Shown here: positions 9,163 to 23,308 of the stretch, in pieces
Layout: every line of letters begins with the position of its first letter
Position numbering within the stretch: the stretch's first letter is position 1
Assembly: GCF_900187275.1 (NCBI RefSeq)
Contig: NZ_LT906458.1
Coordinates: forward strand, 2,070,001 to 2,102,000
DNA: 32,000 nucleotides
Direction of reading: 5' to 3'
DNA from: Pasteurella multocida
Lineage (GTDB): Bacteria; Pseudomonadota; Gammaproteobacteria; Enterobacterales; Pasteurellaceae
Translations under genes and position numbers: made by a program
The notes under the pieces: generated by a model
Seen by the model: only the letters and a program-made list of their open reading frames with translations
Told to the model about the DNA's origin: nothing
Databases searched by the model: none

Positions 9163-12100
9163 ATGGTTTACTCCTACACAGAGAAAAAACGTATTCGTAA
9201 AGACTTCGGCAAACGTCCGCAAGTTTTAAATGTACTTTATTTATTAACTATCCAACTCGATTCTTTCGATAAATTCATTCAAAGAGATCCTGAAGGTCAG
9301 CAAGGTTTAGAAGCAGCATTCCGCTCCGTATTCCCGATTGTCAGCAATAACGGCAACACAGAATTACAATATGTAAGCTATCAATTGGGTGAGCCTGTAT
9401 TTGACGTCAGAGAATGTCAAATCCGTGGTACCACTTATGCTGCGCCATTACGTGTGAAATTACGCTTAGTCAGCTATGACAAAGATGCTGCACCGGGCAC
9501 AATCAAAGATATTAAAGAACAAGAAGTTTATATGGGTGAAATCCCATTAATGACCGATAACGGTACCTTTGTGATTAATGGTACAGAGCGTGTTATCGTG
9601 TCGCAATTACACCGTAGCCCAGGTGTCTTCTTTGATTCTGACAAAGGTAAAACACATTCTTCAGGTAAAGTCTTATATAACGCAAGAATTATTCCTTACC
9701 GTGGTTCATGGTTAGACTTTGAATTCGATCCAAAAGATAACTTATATGCACGTATCGACCGTCGTCGTAAATTACCGGCAACCATCATTTTACGTGCGTT
9801 AAATTACACCACCGAACAAATTTTAGATATTTTCTTCGATAAAGTGGTTTTTGAAATCAGCAATAACAAATTGTTGATGACATTAGTACCAGAAAGACTC
9901 CGTGGTGAAACCGCAACTTTCGATATTGAAGCAAACGGCAAAGTGTATGTTGAACGTGGTCGTCGTATTACCGCGCGCCATATCCGTGCTTTAGAAAAAG
10001 ATCAAATCACCCAAGTTGAAGTCCCAACAGAATATATTGTGGGCAAAGTGGCAGCAAAAGACTATGTGGATTTAGAGTCTGGTGAAATTGTTTGTCCTGC
10101 GAATATGGAAATCTCATTAGAGATGTTAGCCAAACTTGCGCAAGCGGGTTACAAAACCATCGAAACGCTGTTCACTAACGATTTAGATTACGGTCCTTAC
10201 ATTTCGGAAACCTTACGCGTTGATCCATCAAACGATCGTTTAAGTGCGTTAGTGGAAATTTACCGTATGATGCGTCCAGGTGAGCCTCCAACAAAAGAAG
10301 CGGCAGAAGGCTTATTTGATAACTTATTCTTCTCATCAGACCGCTATGATTTATCTGCGGTAGGTCGTATGAAGTTCAACCGCTCTTTAGGCATTGATGA
10401 AGAGACAGGTAGCGGCATTTTAAGCAACGATGACATCATTGGTGTGATGAAAAAACTGATCGAGATCCGTAACGGTCGTGGTGAAGTCGATGATATCGAC
10501 CACTTAGGTAACCGTCGTATTCGTTCAGTGGGTGAAATGGCAGAAAACCAATTCCGTATCGGTTTAGTGCGTGTAGAAAGAGCGGTGAAAGAGCGCTTAT
10601 CTTTAGGTGATTTAGATGCAGTGACACCACAAGATTTAATCAACGCAAAACCAATTTCTGCGGCAGTGAAAGAATTCTTTGGTTCTTCACAACTTTCCCA
10701 GTTCATGGATCAAAACAACCCGTTATCAGAAGTAACGCACAAACGTCGTATTTCTGCATTAGGTCCGGGTGGTTTAACACGTGAACGTGCAGGCTTTGAA
10801 GTGCGAGATGTTCACGCTACCCACTATGGTCGTGTCTGTCCAATTGAAACGCCTGAAGGTCCAAACATCGGTTTGATCAACTCATTGTCTGTTTATGCGC
10901 GTACCAACGACTACGGTTTCTTAGAAACCCCATACCGTAAAGTCGTGAACGGTCAAGTGACGGAAGAGATTGAGTATTTATCGGCAATTGAAGAAGGTAA
11001 ATATGTTATCGCTCAGGCGAACTCGAATCTTGACGAAGAATTACGCTTTACCGATGCGTTTGTTACCTGTCGTGGTGAACACGGTGAGTCTGGTTTATAT
11101 CGTCCAGATGAAATTCACTATATGGACGTTTCTACACAACAAGTAGTATCTGTGGCGGCAGCGTTAATTCCGTTCCTTGAGCACGACGACGCGAACCGTG
11201 CGTTAATGGGTGCAAACATGCAACGTCAAGCGGTACCAACATTACGTGCAGATAAACCATTAGTCGGTACTGGTATTGAGAAAGCCGTAGCAGTTGACTC
11301 TGGTGTAACGGTAATCGCAAAACGTGGTGGTATGGTGCAATACGTTGATGCGTCCCGTATCGTAGTGAAAGTGAACGAAGATGAAACCATCCCAGGTGAA
11401 GCGGGTATTGATATTTATAACTTAGTGAAATACACCCGTTCAAACCAAAATACCTGTATCAACCAAATTCCTTGCGTGTCTTTAGGTGAGCCTATCGGCC
11501 GTGGTGAAGTATTAGCTGATGGTCCTTCAACAGACTTAGGTGAATTAGCGCTTGGTCAAAACATGCGCGTAGCATTCATGCCTTGGAATGGTTATAACTT
11601 TGAAGACTCGATGTTAGTGTCTGAACGTGTAGTACAAGAAGATCGTTTCACGACTATTCACATTCAAGAACTTTCTTGTGTCGCACGTGATACCAAATTA
11701 GGTTCAGAAGAAATCACTGCGGATATTCCAAACGTCGGTGAAGCCGCATTAAGCAAACTGGATGAGTCCGGTATCGTTTACATCGGTGCGGAAGTAAAAG
11801 GTGGTGATATTCTTGTGGGTAAAGTAACACCAAAAGGTGAAACCCAATTAACCCCAGAAGAAAAATTATTACGCGCAATCTTCGGTGAAAAAGCCTCTGA
11901 TGTGAAAGATTCTTCATTACGTGTGCCAAACAGTGTTTCTGGTACGGTTATCGACGTGCAAGTCTTTACCCGTGATGGTGTAGAAAAAGACAAACGTGCG
12001 CTTGAAATTGAAGAAATGCAATTAAAACAAGCGAAAAAAGACCTTGTGGAAGAATTAGAAATCCTTGAGGCAGGCTTGTTTACGCGTGTTCGTAGCCTTC

Positions 12101-13191
12101 TGATTGCAGGTGGTTTCGACGCGAAAAACTTAGATAAATTAGACCGCACTAAATGGTTAGAGCAATCATTAAGCGATGAAGCGCAACAAAACCAATTAGA
12201 GCAACTTGCTGAACAATACGAAGAATTACGTAAAGAATTTGAACGTAAGTTGGAAGTACAACGTGGCAAGATCATCCAAGGTGATGATTTAGCACCGGGC
12301 GTATTGAAAGTGGTGAAAGTGTATCTTGCGGTGAAACGTCAGATCCAACCAGGTGATAAAATGGCGGGTCGCCACGGTAACAAAGGGGTTATCTCAAAAA
12401 TCAACCCGGTGGAAGACATGCCATACGATGAAAACGGTCAACCAGTGGATATCGTGTTGAACCCGCTAGGTGTTCCATCACGTATGAACATTGGTCAGAT
12501 CTTAGAAACACACTTAGGTTTAGCCGCGAAAGGGATTGGTGACAAGATCAATGCGATGATCAAACAACAACAAGACGTGGCGAAATTGCGTGAATACATG
12601 CAAAAAGCCTACGACTTGGGTCACGGTTCACAAAAAGTGGATTTAAGCACTTTCTCTGATGAAGAAGTGATGCGTTTAGCACAAAACTTACGTAAAGGTT
12701 TACCGCTTGCCACCCCAGTATTTGACGGTGCGCACGAAAGCGAAATCAAAGGCTTATTAGAATTAGGTGGCTTGCCAACGTCTGGTCAAATTACTTTATT
12801 CGACGGCCGTACTGGTGAGAAGTTTGAGCGTCCAGTTACCGTAGGTTACATGTATATGCTCAAATTGAACCACTTAGTTGACGATAAAATGCATGCGCGT
12901 TCAACCGGTTCTTACAGCTTGGTAACACAACAACCATTGGGTGGTAAAGCCCAATTCGGTGGTCAGCGTTTCGGTGAGATGGAGGTGTGGGCACTTGAAG
13001 CATACGGTGCAGCTTATACTTTACAAGAAATGTTGACGGTGAAATCTGATGACGTGAAAGGTCGTACGAAGATGTATAAAAATATCGTCGGTGGCACACA
13101 TCAAATGGATCCAGGCACACCAGAATCTTTCAACGTCATCATGAAAGAAATTCGCTCGCTTGGTATCAATATTGATTTAGATGAAGATTAA
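9163..13191 (+). CDS. rpoB: DNA-directed RNA polymerase subunit beta
   Basis: The ATG at 9163 gives [21 protein letters not shown], identical to the E. coli N-terminus, with AGAGGA at 9152-9157. The product is 1342 aa, the same length as E. coli RpoB. The GTG at 9061 in the ORF track is an upstream open-frame extension. Confidence 0.98.
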   Translation: MVYSYTEKKRIRKDFGKRPQVLNVLYLLTIQLDSFDKFIQRDPEGQQGLEAAFRSVFPIVSNNGNTELQYVSYQLGEPVFDVRECQIRGTTYAAPLRVKLRLVSYDKDAAPGTIKDIKEQEVYMGEIPLMTDNGTFVINGTERVIVSQLHRSPGVFFDSDKGKTHSSGKVLYNARIIPYRGSWLDFEFDPKDNLYARIDRRRKLPATIILRALNYTTEQILDIFFDKVVFEISNNKLLMTLVPERLRGETATFDIEANGKVYVERGRRITARHIRALEKDQITQVEVPTEYIVGKVAAKDYVDLESGEIVCPANMEISLEMLAKLAQAGYKTIETLFTNDLDYGPYISETLRVDPSNDRLSALVEIYRMMRPGEPPTKEAAEGLFDNLFFSSDRYDLSAVGRMKFNRSLGIDEETGSGILSNDDIIGVMKKLIEIRNGRGEVDDIDHLGNRRIRSVGEMAENQFRIGLVRVERAVKERLSLGDLDAVTPQDLINAKPISAAVKEFFGSSQLSQFMDQNNPLSEVTHKRRISALGPGGLTRERAGFEVRDVHATHYGRVCPIETPEGPNIGLINSLSVYARTNDYGFLETPYRKVVNGQVTEEIEYLSAIEEGKYVIAQANSNLDEELRFTDAFVTCRGEHGESGLYRPDEIHYMDVSTQQVVSVAAALIPFLEHDDANRALMGANMQRQAVPTLRADKPLVGTGIEKAVAVDSGVTVIAKRGGMVQYVDASRIVVKVNEDETIPGEAGIDIYNLVKYTRSNQNTCINQIPCVSLGEPIGRGEVLADGPSTDLGELALGQNMRVAFMPWNGYNFEDSMLVSERVVQEDRFTTIHIQELSCVARDTKLGSEEITADIPNVGEAALSKLDESGIVYIGAEVKGGDILVGKVTPKGETQLTPEEKLLRAIFGEKASDVKDSSLRVPNSVSGTVIDVQVFTRDGVEKDKRALEIEEMQLKQAKKDLVEELEILEAGLFTRVRSLLIAGGFDAKNLDKLDRTKWLEQSLSDEAQQNQLEQLAEQYEELRKEFERKLEVQRGKIIQGDDLAPGVLKVVKVYLAVKRQIQPGDKMAGRHGNKGVISKINPVEDMPYDENGQPVDIVLNPLGVPSRMNIGQILETHLGLAAKGIGDKINAMIKQQQDVAKLREYMQKAYDLGHGSQKVDLSTFSDEEVMRLAQNLRKGLPLATPVFDGAHESEIKGLLELGGLPTSGQITLFDGRTGEKFERPVTVGYMYMLKLNHLVDDKMHARSTGSYSLVTQQPLGGKAQFGGQRFGEMEVWALEAYGAAYTLQEMLTVKSDDVKGRTKMYKNIVGGTHQMDPGTPESFNVIMKEIRSLGINIDLDED

Positions 13192-13232
13192 TCTGACATC
13201 ATAACCAAGCTTGGTGTAAAGCAATGTACGCG

Positions 13233-13271
13233 CAAGTGCGGTAAAAATTTTTAAAATTTCAGCCGCACTTG
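13233..13271. repeat. USS-derived inverted repeat (9-bp perfect stem, 21-nt AT-rich loop) in the rpoB-rpoC spacer
   Basis: CAAGTGCGG (13233-13241) and CCGCACTTG (13263-13271). The left arm contains a perfect AAGTGCGGT (13234-13242). Confidence 0.8.
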
Positions 13272-13301
13272 AATAAGTTTAACTCCGACAGGAGCAAATC
13301 T

Positions 13302-17555
<4,254 letters not shown>

Positions 17556-17573
17556 GCCTGATTAAGCAAAAAG

Positions 17574-17598
17574 CCCGAGCCTTAGGTTCGGGTTTTTT
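17574..17598 (+). terminator. Rho-independent terminator after rpoC
   Basis: CCCGAGCC tta GGTTCGGG (one G-U pair) followed by TTTTTT. Confidence 0.8.
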
Positions 17599-17630
17599 AT
17601 TCGCTAAATTGCAAAATTCCCTTTATAATG

Positions 17631-17677
17631 ACCGCACTTTATTCCATTCCAAACAGCAAAAAGTGCGGTCATTTTTT
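17631..17677 (+). terminator. Inverted USS pair hairpin with T-tract (second terminator or attenuator before nudC)
   Basis: ACCGCACTT (17631-17639) and AAGTGCGGT (17661-17669) are followed by CATTTTTT. Confidence 0.6.
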
Positions 17678-17697
17678 GCTATATTTTGTGAGCCTAT

Positions 17698-18492
17698 ATG
17701 AATGCGATTCAACCTGATGATGCCGGTTATTGGTTATTAACCCAAGATTCAGCCTTATATTTGATTAATGGGGAGCTACCTCAAGGTAAGGCAATTGATT
17801 TTCAGTTACAAGGCTATAATGGGATGATAATTGGTGAGCTCAATGGGCGGCCTTTATGGTTGGTGGAGGAGATAGCGGACGATCAGCGAACCTATTTCTC
17901 TTTACGTAGCTTATTAGCGTTGCCAGAAGCGCATTTTAATCTGCTTAACCGTGGTGTTGAGCTAAACCATTTCTTTAAAACTCATCGTTTTTGTGGCAAA
18001 TGTGGACATCCTACTGACCTTGTGCAGCAGGAATGGGCGATTCAATGTCAGAATCCATCTTGTTCACACCGCACTTACCCTGTGATTTGTCCTTGTATTA
18101 TTGTCGCGGTACGCCGTGGTGCACAAATTCTATTGGCTAACCACCAACGTCATAAGGGCGGCATTTACACGACTTTAGCGGGATTTGTTGAAGTAGGTGA
18201 AACCTTTGAACAGGCGGTACATCGAGAAGTGTTGGAAGAAACAGGCATTCAGATTCAGAATTTACGTTATTTCGGGAGCCAACCTTGGGCTTTTCCTAAT
18301 TCTGCTATGATTGGCTTTTTAGCCGATTATGCAGGAGGAGAGATTTGTGTACAAGAAATGGAAATTCATGATGCGCAATGGTTTGATTATAATGCGCCCC
18401 TCCCAGAGTTACCACCGAAAGGCACTATCGCGTTAAAATTAATTGAGCATACATTGCAACTGTGTGCTGAGGAAGAAAGGAAAGCAACATGA
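17698..18492 (+). CDS. nudC: NADH pyrophosphatase / NAD-capped RNA hydrolase NudC
   Basis: 264-aa ORF with Cys-rich zinc motif CGKCGH...CQNPSCSH, then Nudix box [23 protein letters not shown]. Colinear with E. coli NudC and adjacent to hemE, as in E. coli. Confidence 0.93.
18068..18076 (-). repeat. USS core inside nudC
   Basis: Exact ACCGCACTT. Confidence 0.9.
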
Positions 18493-19553
18493 CTGCATTA
18501 AAAAATGATCGCTATTTAAAAGCATTATTACGTGAGCCTGTCGATATGACACCGGTTTGGATGATGCGTCAAGCGGGACGCTATTTACCAGAATACCGTG
18601 CGACGAGAGCCGTCGCGGGGGACTTCATGTCTTTATGTCGCAATGCAGAGCTAGCTTGTGAGGTCACGTTACAACCTCTACGTCGTTACCCGTTGGATGC
18701 CGCCATTTTATTTTCTGATATTTTAACTATCCCAGATGCCATGGGGTTAGGCTTAAGTTTTGGGGTGGGCGAAGGACCGAAATTTGCGCATCCAATTGAA
18801 ACGCAACGTGCAGTGCAAAATTTACCCATTCCCGATCCTGAAGGTGAATTACAATATGTGATGAATGCAGTACGCACCATTCGCCGTGAATTAAAAGGGG
18901 AAGTGCCGTTGATTGGTTTCTCAGGTAGCCCTTGGACATTAGCAACCTATATGGTAGAAGGTGGCAGCAGTAAAGCCTTCACTAAAATAAAAAAAATGCT
19001 GTATGCCGATCCCCAATTATTGCATCAATTATTAGATAAACTGGCAGATGCTGTCATACTCTATTTGAATGCACAAATTAAAGCCGGCGCACAGTCAGTG
19101 ATGATCTTCGATACATGGGGTGGTGTGTTAGGGCATCGTGAGTATTTAGATTTTTCATTGCACTATATGCACAAAATTGTCGCAGGATTAATACGAGAAA
19201 ATGAAGGACGTAAAGTGCCGGTAACCTTGTTTACGAAAGGTGGTGGCATGTGGTTAGAAGCCATGGCAGAAACTGGTTGCGATGCGTTGGGCGTTGATTG
19301 GACGGTTAATTTGGCACAAGCCAAAGCCAGAGTCGGACATAAAGTGGCGTTACAAGGCAATATGGATCCATCGGTACTATATGCCTCACCTGCTCGTATT
19401 GAACAAGAAGTGCGGTCCATTTTGGCGGATTTTGGTGAGGGATCTGGTCATGTGTTCAATCTTGGTCATGGTATTCATCAAGATGTGCCAGAACAAAGCC
19501 CAGCGGTGTTTGTTAACGCGATTCATCAATTTTCTCAACCCTATCATAAATAA
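18489..19553 (+). CDS. hemE: Uroporphyrinogen decarboxylase
   Basis: 354-aa ORF with N-terminus [34 protein letters not shown], typical of HemE. Its start overlaps the nudC stop (ATGA). Confidence 0.96.
19408..19416 (+). repeat. USS core inside hemE
   Basis: Exact AAGTGCGGT. Confidence 0.9.
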
Positions 19554-19567
19554 TACGCAGGAGAATT

Positions 19568-20158
19568 ATGCGAAACCCTATTCATAAACGCTTAGAAAAT
19601 CTTGAAACGTGGCAACATATCACTTTTATGGCGTGCCTTTGTGAACGTATGTTACCGAACTTTCAATTATTCTGTCAGGTCGTTGAGCAAGAGGAAAACG
19701 GCAAACTATATCAGAATATTTTGAACTTGGTTTGGGAACATTTGACGGTGAAAGGCGCCAAAATCAATTTTGAGAACCAGTTAGAAAAATTAGAAAATAT
19801 TATTCCAGATTTAAATGAACACCAATTTTATGGTGCACTTCCAGCTGCAGATGCCTGTGAAGCCCTTTCTGAGCTTTTGCATACACTGATTGCGGGTTCC
19901 AGTTTAGAACAAGCCATAAAAATAAGCCAATTATCATTACAAACTGTGGCGACTTTTTTAGAACAGCAAGCTGAACAAGCATTATCTGAAAAAGCCTTAA
20001 AAGAAAGTGAGGAAATTCAGCAAGAATTGGACCTCCAGTGGCTTATTTACCGCACTTTGAACGCGTGTGAGAAGCGTGATATTGCGCTGATTTTAGACTT
20101 AAAAAATGAACTGCGCAGCACGGGAATCTCTAATATCGGTATAGAAACTGAGCAATAA
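19568..20158 (+). CDS. yjaG: DUF416-family protein YjaG
   Basis: 196-aa ORF clearly colinear with E. coli YjaG (NPIH.RLE.LE.WQH.TFMACLCERM.PN). It has the same length and the same position upstream of hupA. Function is unknown. Confidence 0.85.
   Translation: MRNPIHKRLENLETWQHITFMACLCERMLPNFQLFCQVVEQEENGKLYQNILNLVWEHLTVKGAKINFENQLEKLENIIPDLNEHQFYGALPAADACEALSELLHTLIAGSSLEQAIKISQLSLQTVATFLEQQAEQALSEKALKESEEIQQELDLQWLIYRTLNACEKRDIALILDLKNELRSTGISNIGIETEQ
20049..20057 (-). repeat. USS core inside yjaG
   Basis: Exact ACCGCACTT. Confidence 0.9.
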
Positions 20159-20174
20159 TGTGATGTTTATAACA
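20159..20174. promoter_or_regulatory. CRP-like site upstream of hupA
   Basis: TGTGA tgttta TAACA against consensus TGTGA-N6-TCACA, a 9/10 half-site match. It lies directly after the yjaG stop and about 135 nt upstream of the hupA ATG. Confidence 0.35.
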
Positions 20175-20309
20175 AAATTTGAAAATCTTGCTTTGTTTTA
20201 TGGCGAACTTAGATTAAGCTTGGCATTGCTGTGTCTACAGTAATCATTTTATCGGAAACACATCATGTCTTTCCTCACGATTTAAATAAAAAGTAGAAGG
20301 TATTTATTT

Positions 20310-20582
20310 ATGAACAAAACGGATTTAATTGATGCGATTGCAAGTGCGGCTGAGTTAAACAAGAAGCAAGCAAAAGCAGCATTAGAAGCAACTCTAGAAG
20401 CGATTTCTGGTAGTTTAAAAGCGGGTGAACCAGTGCAATTAATCGGCTTTGGTACATTCAAAGTAAATTCACGCAAAGCGCGTACAGGGCGTAACCCACA
20501 AACAGGTGCAGAAATCAAAATTGCTGCTTCTAAAGTGCCTGCTTTCGTTGCTGGTAAAGCCTTAAAAGACGCTGTTAAATAA
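20310..20582 (+). CDS. hupA: DNA-binding protein HU
   Basis: 90-aa ORF with [11 protein letters not shown]...[44 protein letters not shown], a canonical HU. The alpha assignment comes from synteny with yjaG. Confidence 0.95.
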   Translation: MNKTDLIDAIASAAELNKKQAKAALEATLEAISGSLKAGEPVQLIGFGTFKVNSRKARTGRNPQTGAEIKIAASKVPAFVAGKALKDAVK

Positions 20583-20646
20583 TTAAGTCATACTTTTTCA
20601 TATGTACACAAACACTCCAAATGAATCAGTTTTCTGTATTTAATAT

Positions 20647-20674
20647 TTGCATAAACTGACCTGCTAACTATAAT
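20647..20674 (+). promoter_or_regulatory. Candidate sigma70 promoter for glmS
   Basis: TTGCAT (20647-20652), a 16-nt spacer, then TATAAT (20669-20674), about 70 nt upstream of the glmS ATG. AAGGAG Shine-Dalgarno at 20732-20737. Confidence 0.6.
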
Positions 20675-20743
20675 GAGCCTCATGTTTTAATTTTCTTTAG
20701 CGTAAACTTAACACATTAAACTTTTTATAAAAAGGAGAATACT

Positions 20744-22576
20744 ATGTGTGGTATTGTTGGTGCAATTGCACAACGTGATGTAGCAGAAATTTTAGTGAAT
20801 GGTTTACATCGTTTGGAGTATCGGGGCTATGATTCAGCAGGGATAGCCATTGTCGATCAAGAGAAACGATTGCAACGTGTTCGCTGTTTAGGAAAAGTAC
20901 AGGTATTAGCTGAAGCCGTTGCGGCTGAAAAAATAACAGGGGGCACAGGGATCGCTCATACCCGCTGGGCAACACATGGTGCGCCTTCTGAAGATAATGC
21001 ACACCCTCATGTATCAGGTCAGTTTGCGGTAGTGCACAATGGAATTATTGAAAACTATGAACAATTACGCATTGATTTACAACAGAAGGGTTATCAATTT
21101 CTCTCTCAGACCGATACTGAAGTGATTGCCCATTTAGTGCATTGGGTAATGCGTAACGAAACTTCGTTGTTACGAGCTGTGCAGCAGGTCGTAAAACAGC
21201 TAAAAGGGGCTTATGGGATGGTTGTGATGGACTGTGAACAACCAAATCATCTTGTTGCAGCTCGCTCAGGTAGCCCATTAGTGATTGGTTTAGGGATAGG
21301 GGAAAATTTCCTAGCCTCAGATCAACTTGCTTTGTTAAATGTGACACGTCGTTTTATTTTTTTAGAAGAAGGGGATGTAGCAGAAATTACTCGACGCACC
21401 GTCGATATTTACGATGTGAATGGACATCCCGTTCAACGTGACAGCCAAGACTCTCATCTTACACACGATGCAACGGAAAAAGGCACATTTCGTCACTTCA
21501 TGCAAAAAGAGATTTTTGAACAACCTCGTGCTATCTTAAATACCCTTGAGGGCAGATTGCATCAGCATAATGTCTTGGTGGACAGCATCGGTAATGGCGC
21601 AGAACGATTATTAGAGCAGGTTGAACATATTCAGATTGTGGCTTGTGGCACCTCTTACAATGCAGGTATGGTAGCGCGTTATTGGTTTGAACATTTAGCA
21701 GGAATAAGCTGTGATGTGGAAATTGCTTCAGAGTTTCGTTATCGCAAATTTGTGACGCGCCCTAAGAGTTTATTGATTACCCTTTCCCAATCAGGTGAAA
21801 CTGCTGATACGTTAGCCGCATTACGTTTAGCTAAAGAAAAAGGTTATATGGGTGCGATGACGATTTGTAATGTAGCGGGCTCTTCACTGGTACGAGAATC
21901 AGATCTTGCCTTTATGACTCGCGCGGGAGTAGAAATTGGCGTGGCATCAACAAAGGCTTTTACCACACAATTGGCAACCTTACTGATGCTAGTGATTGCC
22001 ATTGGTAAAGTCACAGGGAACATTTCTCTGTCGCAGGAAGAAGAACTGGTTAAGGCCCTGCAATCTTTACCTGCTGAGATAGAGAAAGCATTAGCATTTA
22101 ATCAACAAATTGAAAGTCTCGCGCAAGATTTTGCGGATAAACACCATGCCTTGTTTTTAGGACGAGGAGAGTATTATCCGATTGCGATGGAAGGCGCGTT
22201 AAAGTTAAAAGAAATCTCTTATATTCATGCGGAAGCCTATGCCGCGGGTGAGCTAAAACATGGTCCACTTGCGTTAATTGATGCGGATATGCCGGTGATT
22301 GTGGTCGCACCAACTAATGATCTTTTAGAAAAAGTAAAATCCAATATTGAAGAGGTGCGTTCTCGTGGCGGACAGCTTTACGTATTTGCTGATAAAGAAG
22401 CCGGCTTTACTGAAACGGAAGGAATGAAAATTATGACGATGCCAAAAGTCAATGAAGTGATTGCCCCGATTTTTTATACCATTCCTATGCAATTGTTGGC
22501 TTATCACGTTGCCTTAATTAAGGGAACCGACGTGGATCAACCGAGAAACCTTGCAAAAGCCGTTACTGTAGAATAA
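20744..22576 (+). CDS. glmS: Glutamine--fructose-6-phosphate aminotransferase
   Basis: 610-aa ORF with the N-terminal nucleophile MCGIVGA, two SIS domains and the conserved C-terminal [13 protein letters not shown]. Confidence 0.98.
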
Positions 22577-22607
22577 TTGCGGTGTGGGGAATAGCATAAA
22601 TGTCAAA

Positions 22608-22635
22608 GGCAGAGAATACGACTTCTCTGCCTTTT
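22608..22635 (+). terminator. Rho-independent terminator after glmS
   Basis: GGCAGAGA atacgact TCTCTGCC followed by TTTT. Confidence 0.8.
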
Positions 22636-22679
22636 ATCTCTCAACCTTACGGTGAGTTATAAAATTTTTCTCAGAATCA

Positions 22680-22688
22680 ACCGCACTT
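22680..22688 (-). repeat. USS core between the glmS terminator and the phoX-like relic
   Basis: Exact ACCGCACTT followed by TTT. Confidence 0.9.
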
Positions 22689-22708
22689 TTACGGTCCCTA
22701 TCTTTCCC

Positions 22709-23110
22709 TTATGAACTAATAACCCCACCGTCTTCTTTTTGAATCACCACGGTAGCAGAACGTGGACGTGTTTTTCCTTGTCTATCTGGCCAAGTTGAGA
22801 TCGCGGTCACTTGGTCAGGTTCAGTCACCCGCTATCAGGCATCACCAGGATGCTGGATATTAATAAACATGGTTTTATTATCCGGTGTAAAGGCAATACC
22901 AGTGACTTCACTACCATTGGGTGCCGTTAAGAAACGTTTGAATTCGCCTTGTTCAGGGATAACAGCAATCCATGTTATGTTGGGCGATTCATTTTGTCCC
23001 ACTTAATTTGAGTATGCTTCGCCTAGAAAGATGAGCTTTATCACATCTGACATAATACGGGTATCAGAAGAGTTCATCATAATATGTTCTTGTACTGAGT
23101 TAGTTATAAT
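22709..23110 (-). pseudogene. 5'-deleted, stop-interrupted remnant of a PhoX/DUF839-type (beta-propeller phosphatase family) gene
   Basis: One minus-strand frame reads ...IITNSVQEHIMMNSSDTRIMSDVIKLIFLGEAYSN*VGQNESPNITWIAVIPEQGEFKRFLTAPNGSEVTGIAFTPDNKTMFINIQHPGDA**RVTEPDQVTAISTWPDRQGKTRPRSATVVIQKEDGGVISS*. The segments EVTGIAFTPDNKTMFINIQHPG and RPRSATVVIQKEDGGVI match the conserved C-terminal signature I recall for PhoX-family proteins. There are three in-frame stops, no ORF of 60 aa or more is listed here, and the roughly 500 N-terminal codons are absent. Confidence 0.6.
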
Positions 23111-23250
23111 ATGCGCCTGTTGCGAAAGTAAGGGGGGAAAGTTTATATAGAAGGGCTGTCTATAAAGAGATGTTAACAGTGTAATGAAAATTTAAAGGAT
23201 GAATTGAAAAGAAAGATTAAACGCTATGTCATAGAAGGCGAAAAAAGAAT

Positions 23251-23280
23251 AAAAAAATCCCCAGTCAAGTTGACCGGGGA
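23251..23280 (-). terminator. Rho-independent terminator after metQ (minus strand)
   Basis: On the minus strand, TCCCCGGTCA act TGACTGGGGA (one G-U pair) is followed by TTTTTTT. It lies 29 nt downstream of the metQ stop. Confidence 0.75.
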
Positions 23281-23308
23281 GTACTGAAATGTAAGTAATA
23301 GTTGCGTC

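Noticed and set aside
10681-10761. Checked the rifampicin-resistance determining region of rpoB (cluster I, E. coli residues 507-533) and cluster II ([11 protein letters not shown]).
   Set aside because: The sequence [27 protein letters not shown] carries the wild-type D516, H526, S531 and L533 equivalents. There is no resistance-associated substitution.
11778-12275. Longest antisense ORF (165 aa), opposite the Glu/Lys-rich region of rpoB.
   Set aside because: It is Ser/Phe/Asn-rich low-complexity sequence, as expected for the complement of GAA/AAA-rich coding sequence. It has no Shine-Dalgarno and no family resemblance.
13269-13301. Upstream extension of the rpoC ORF ([11 protein letters not shown]).
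   Set aside because: The GTG at 13302, preceded by AGGAG, matches the canonical MKDL.KFLKAQ start. The extension overlaps the USS hairpin arm.
20675-20743. Considered a glmS ribozyme or other riboswitch in the glmS leader.
   Set aside because: The leader is only about 70 nt and very AT-rich, with no conserved ribozyme core. The glmS ribozyme is a Gram-positive feature.
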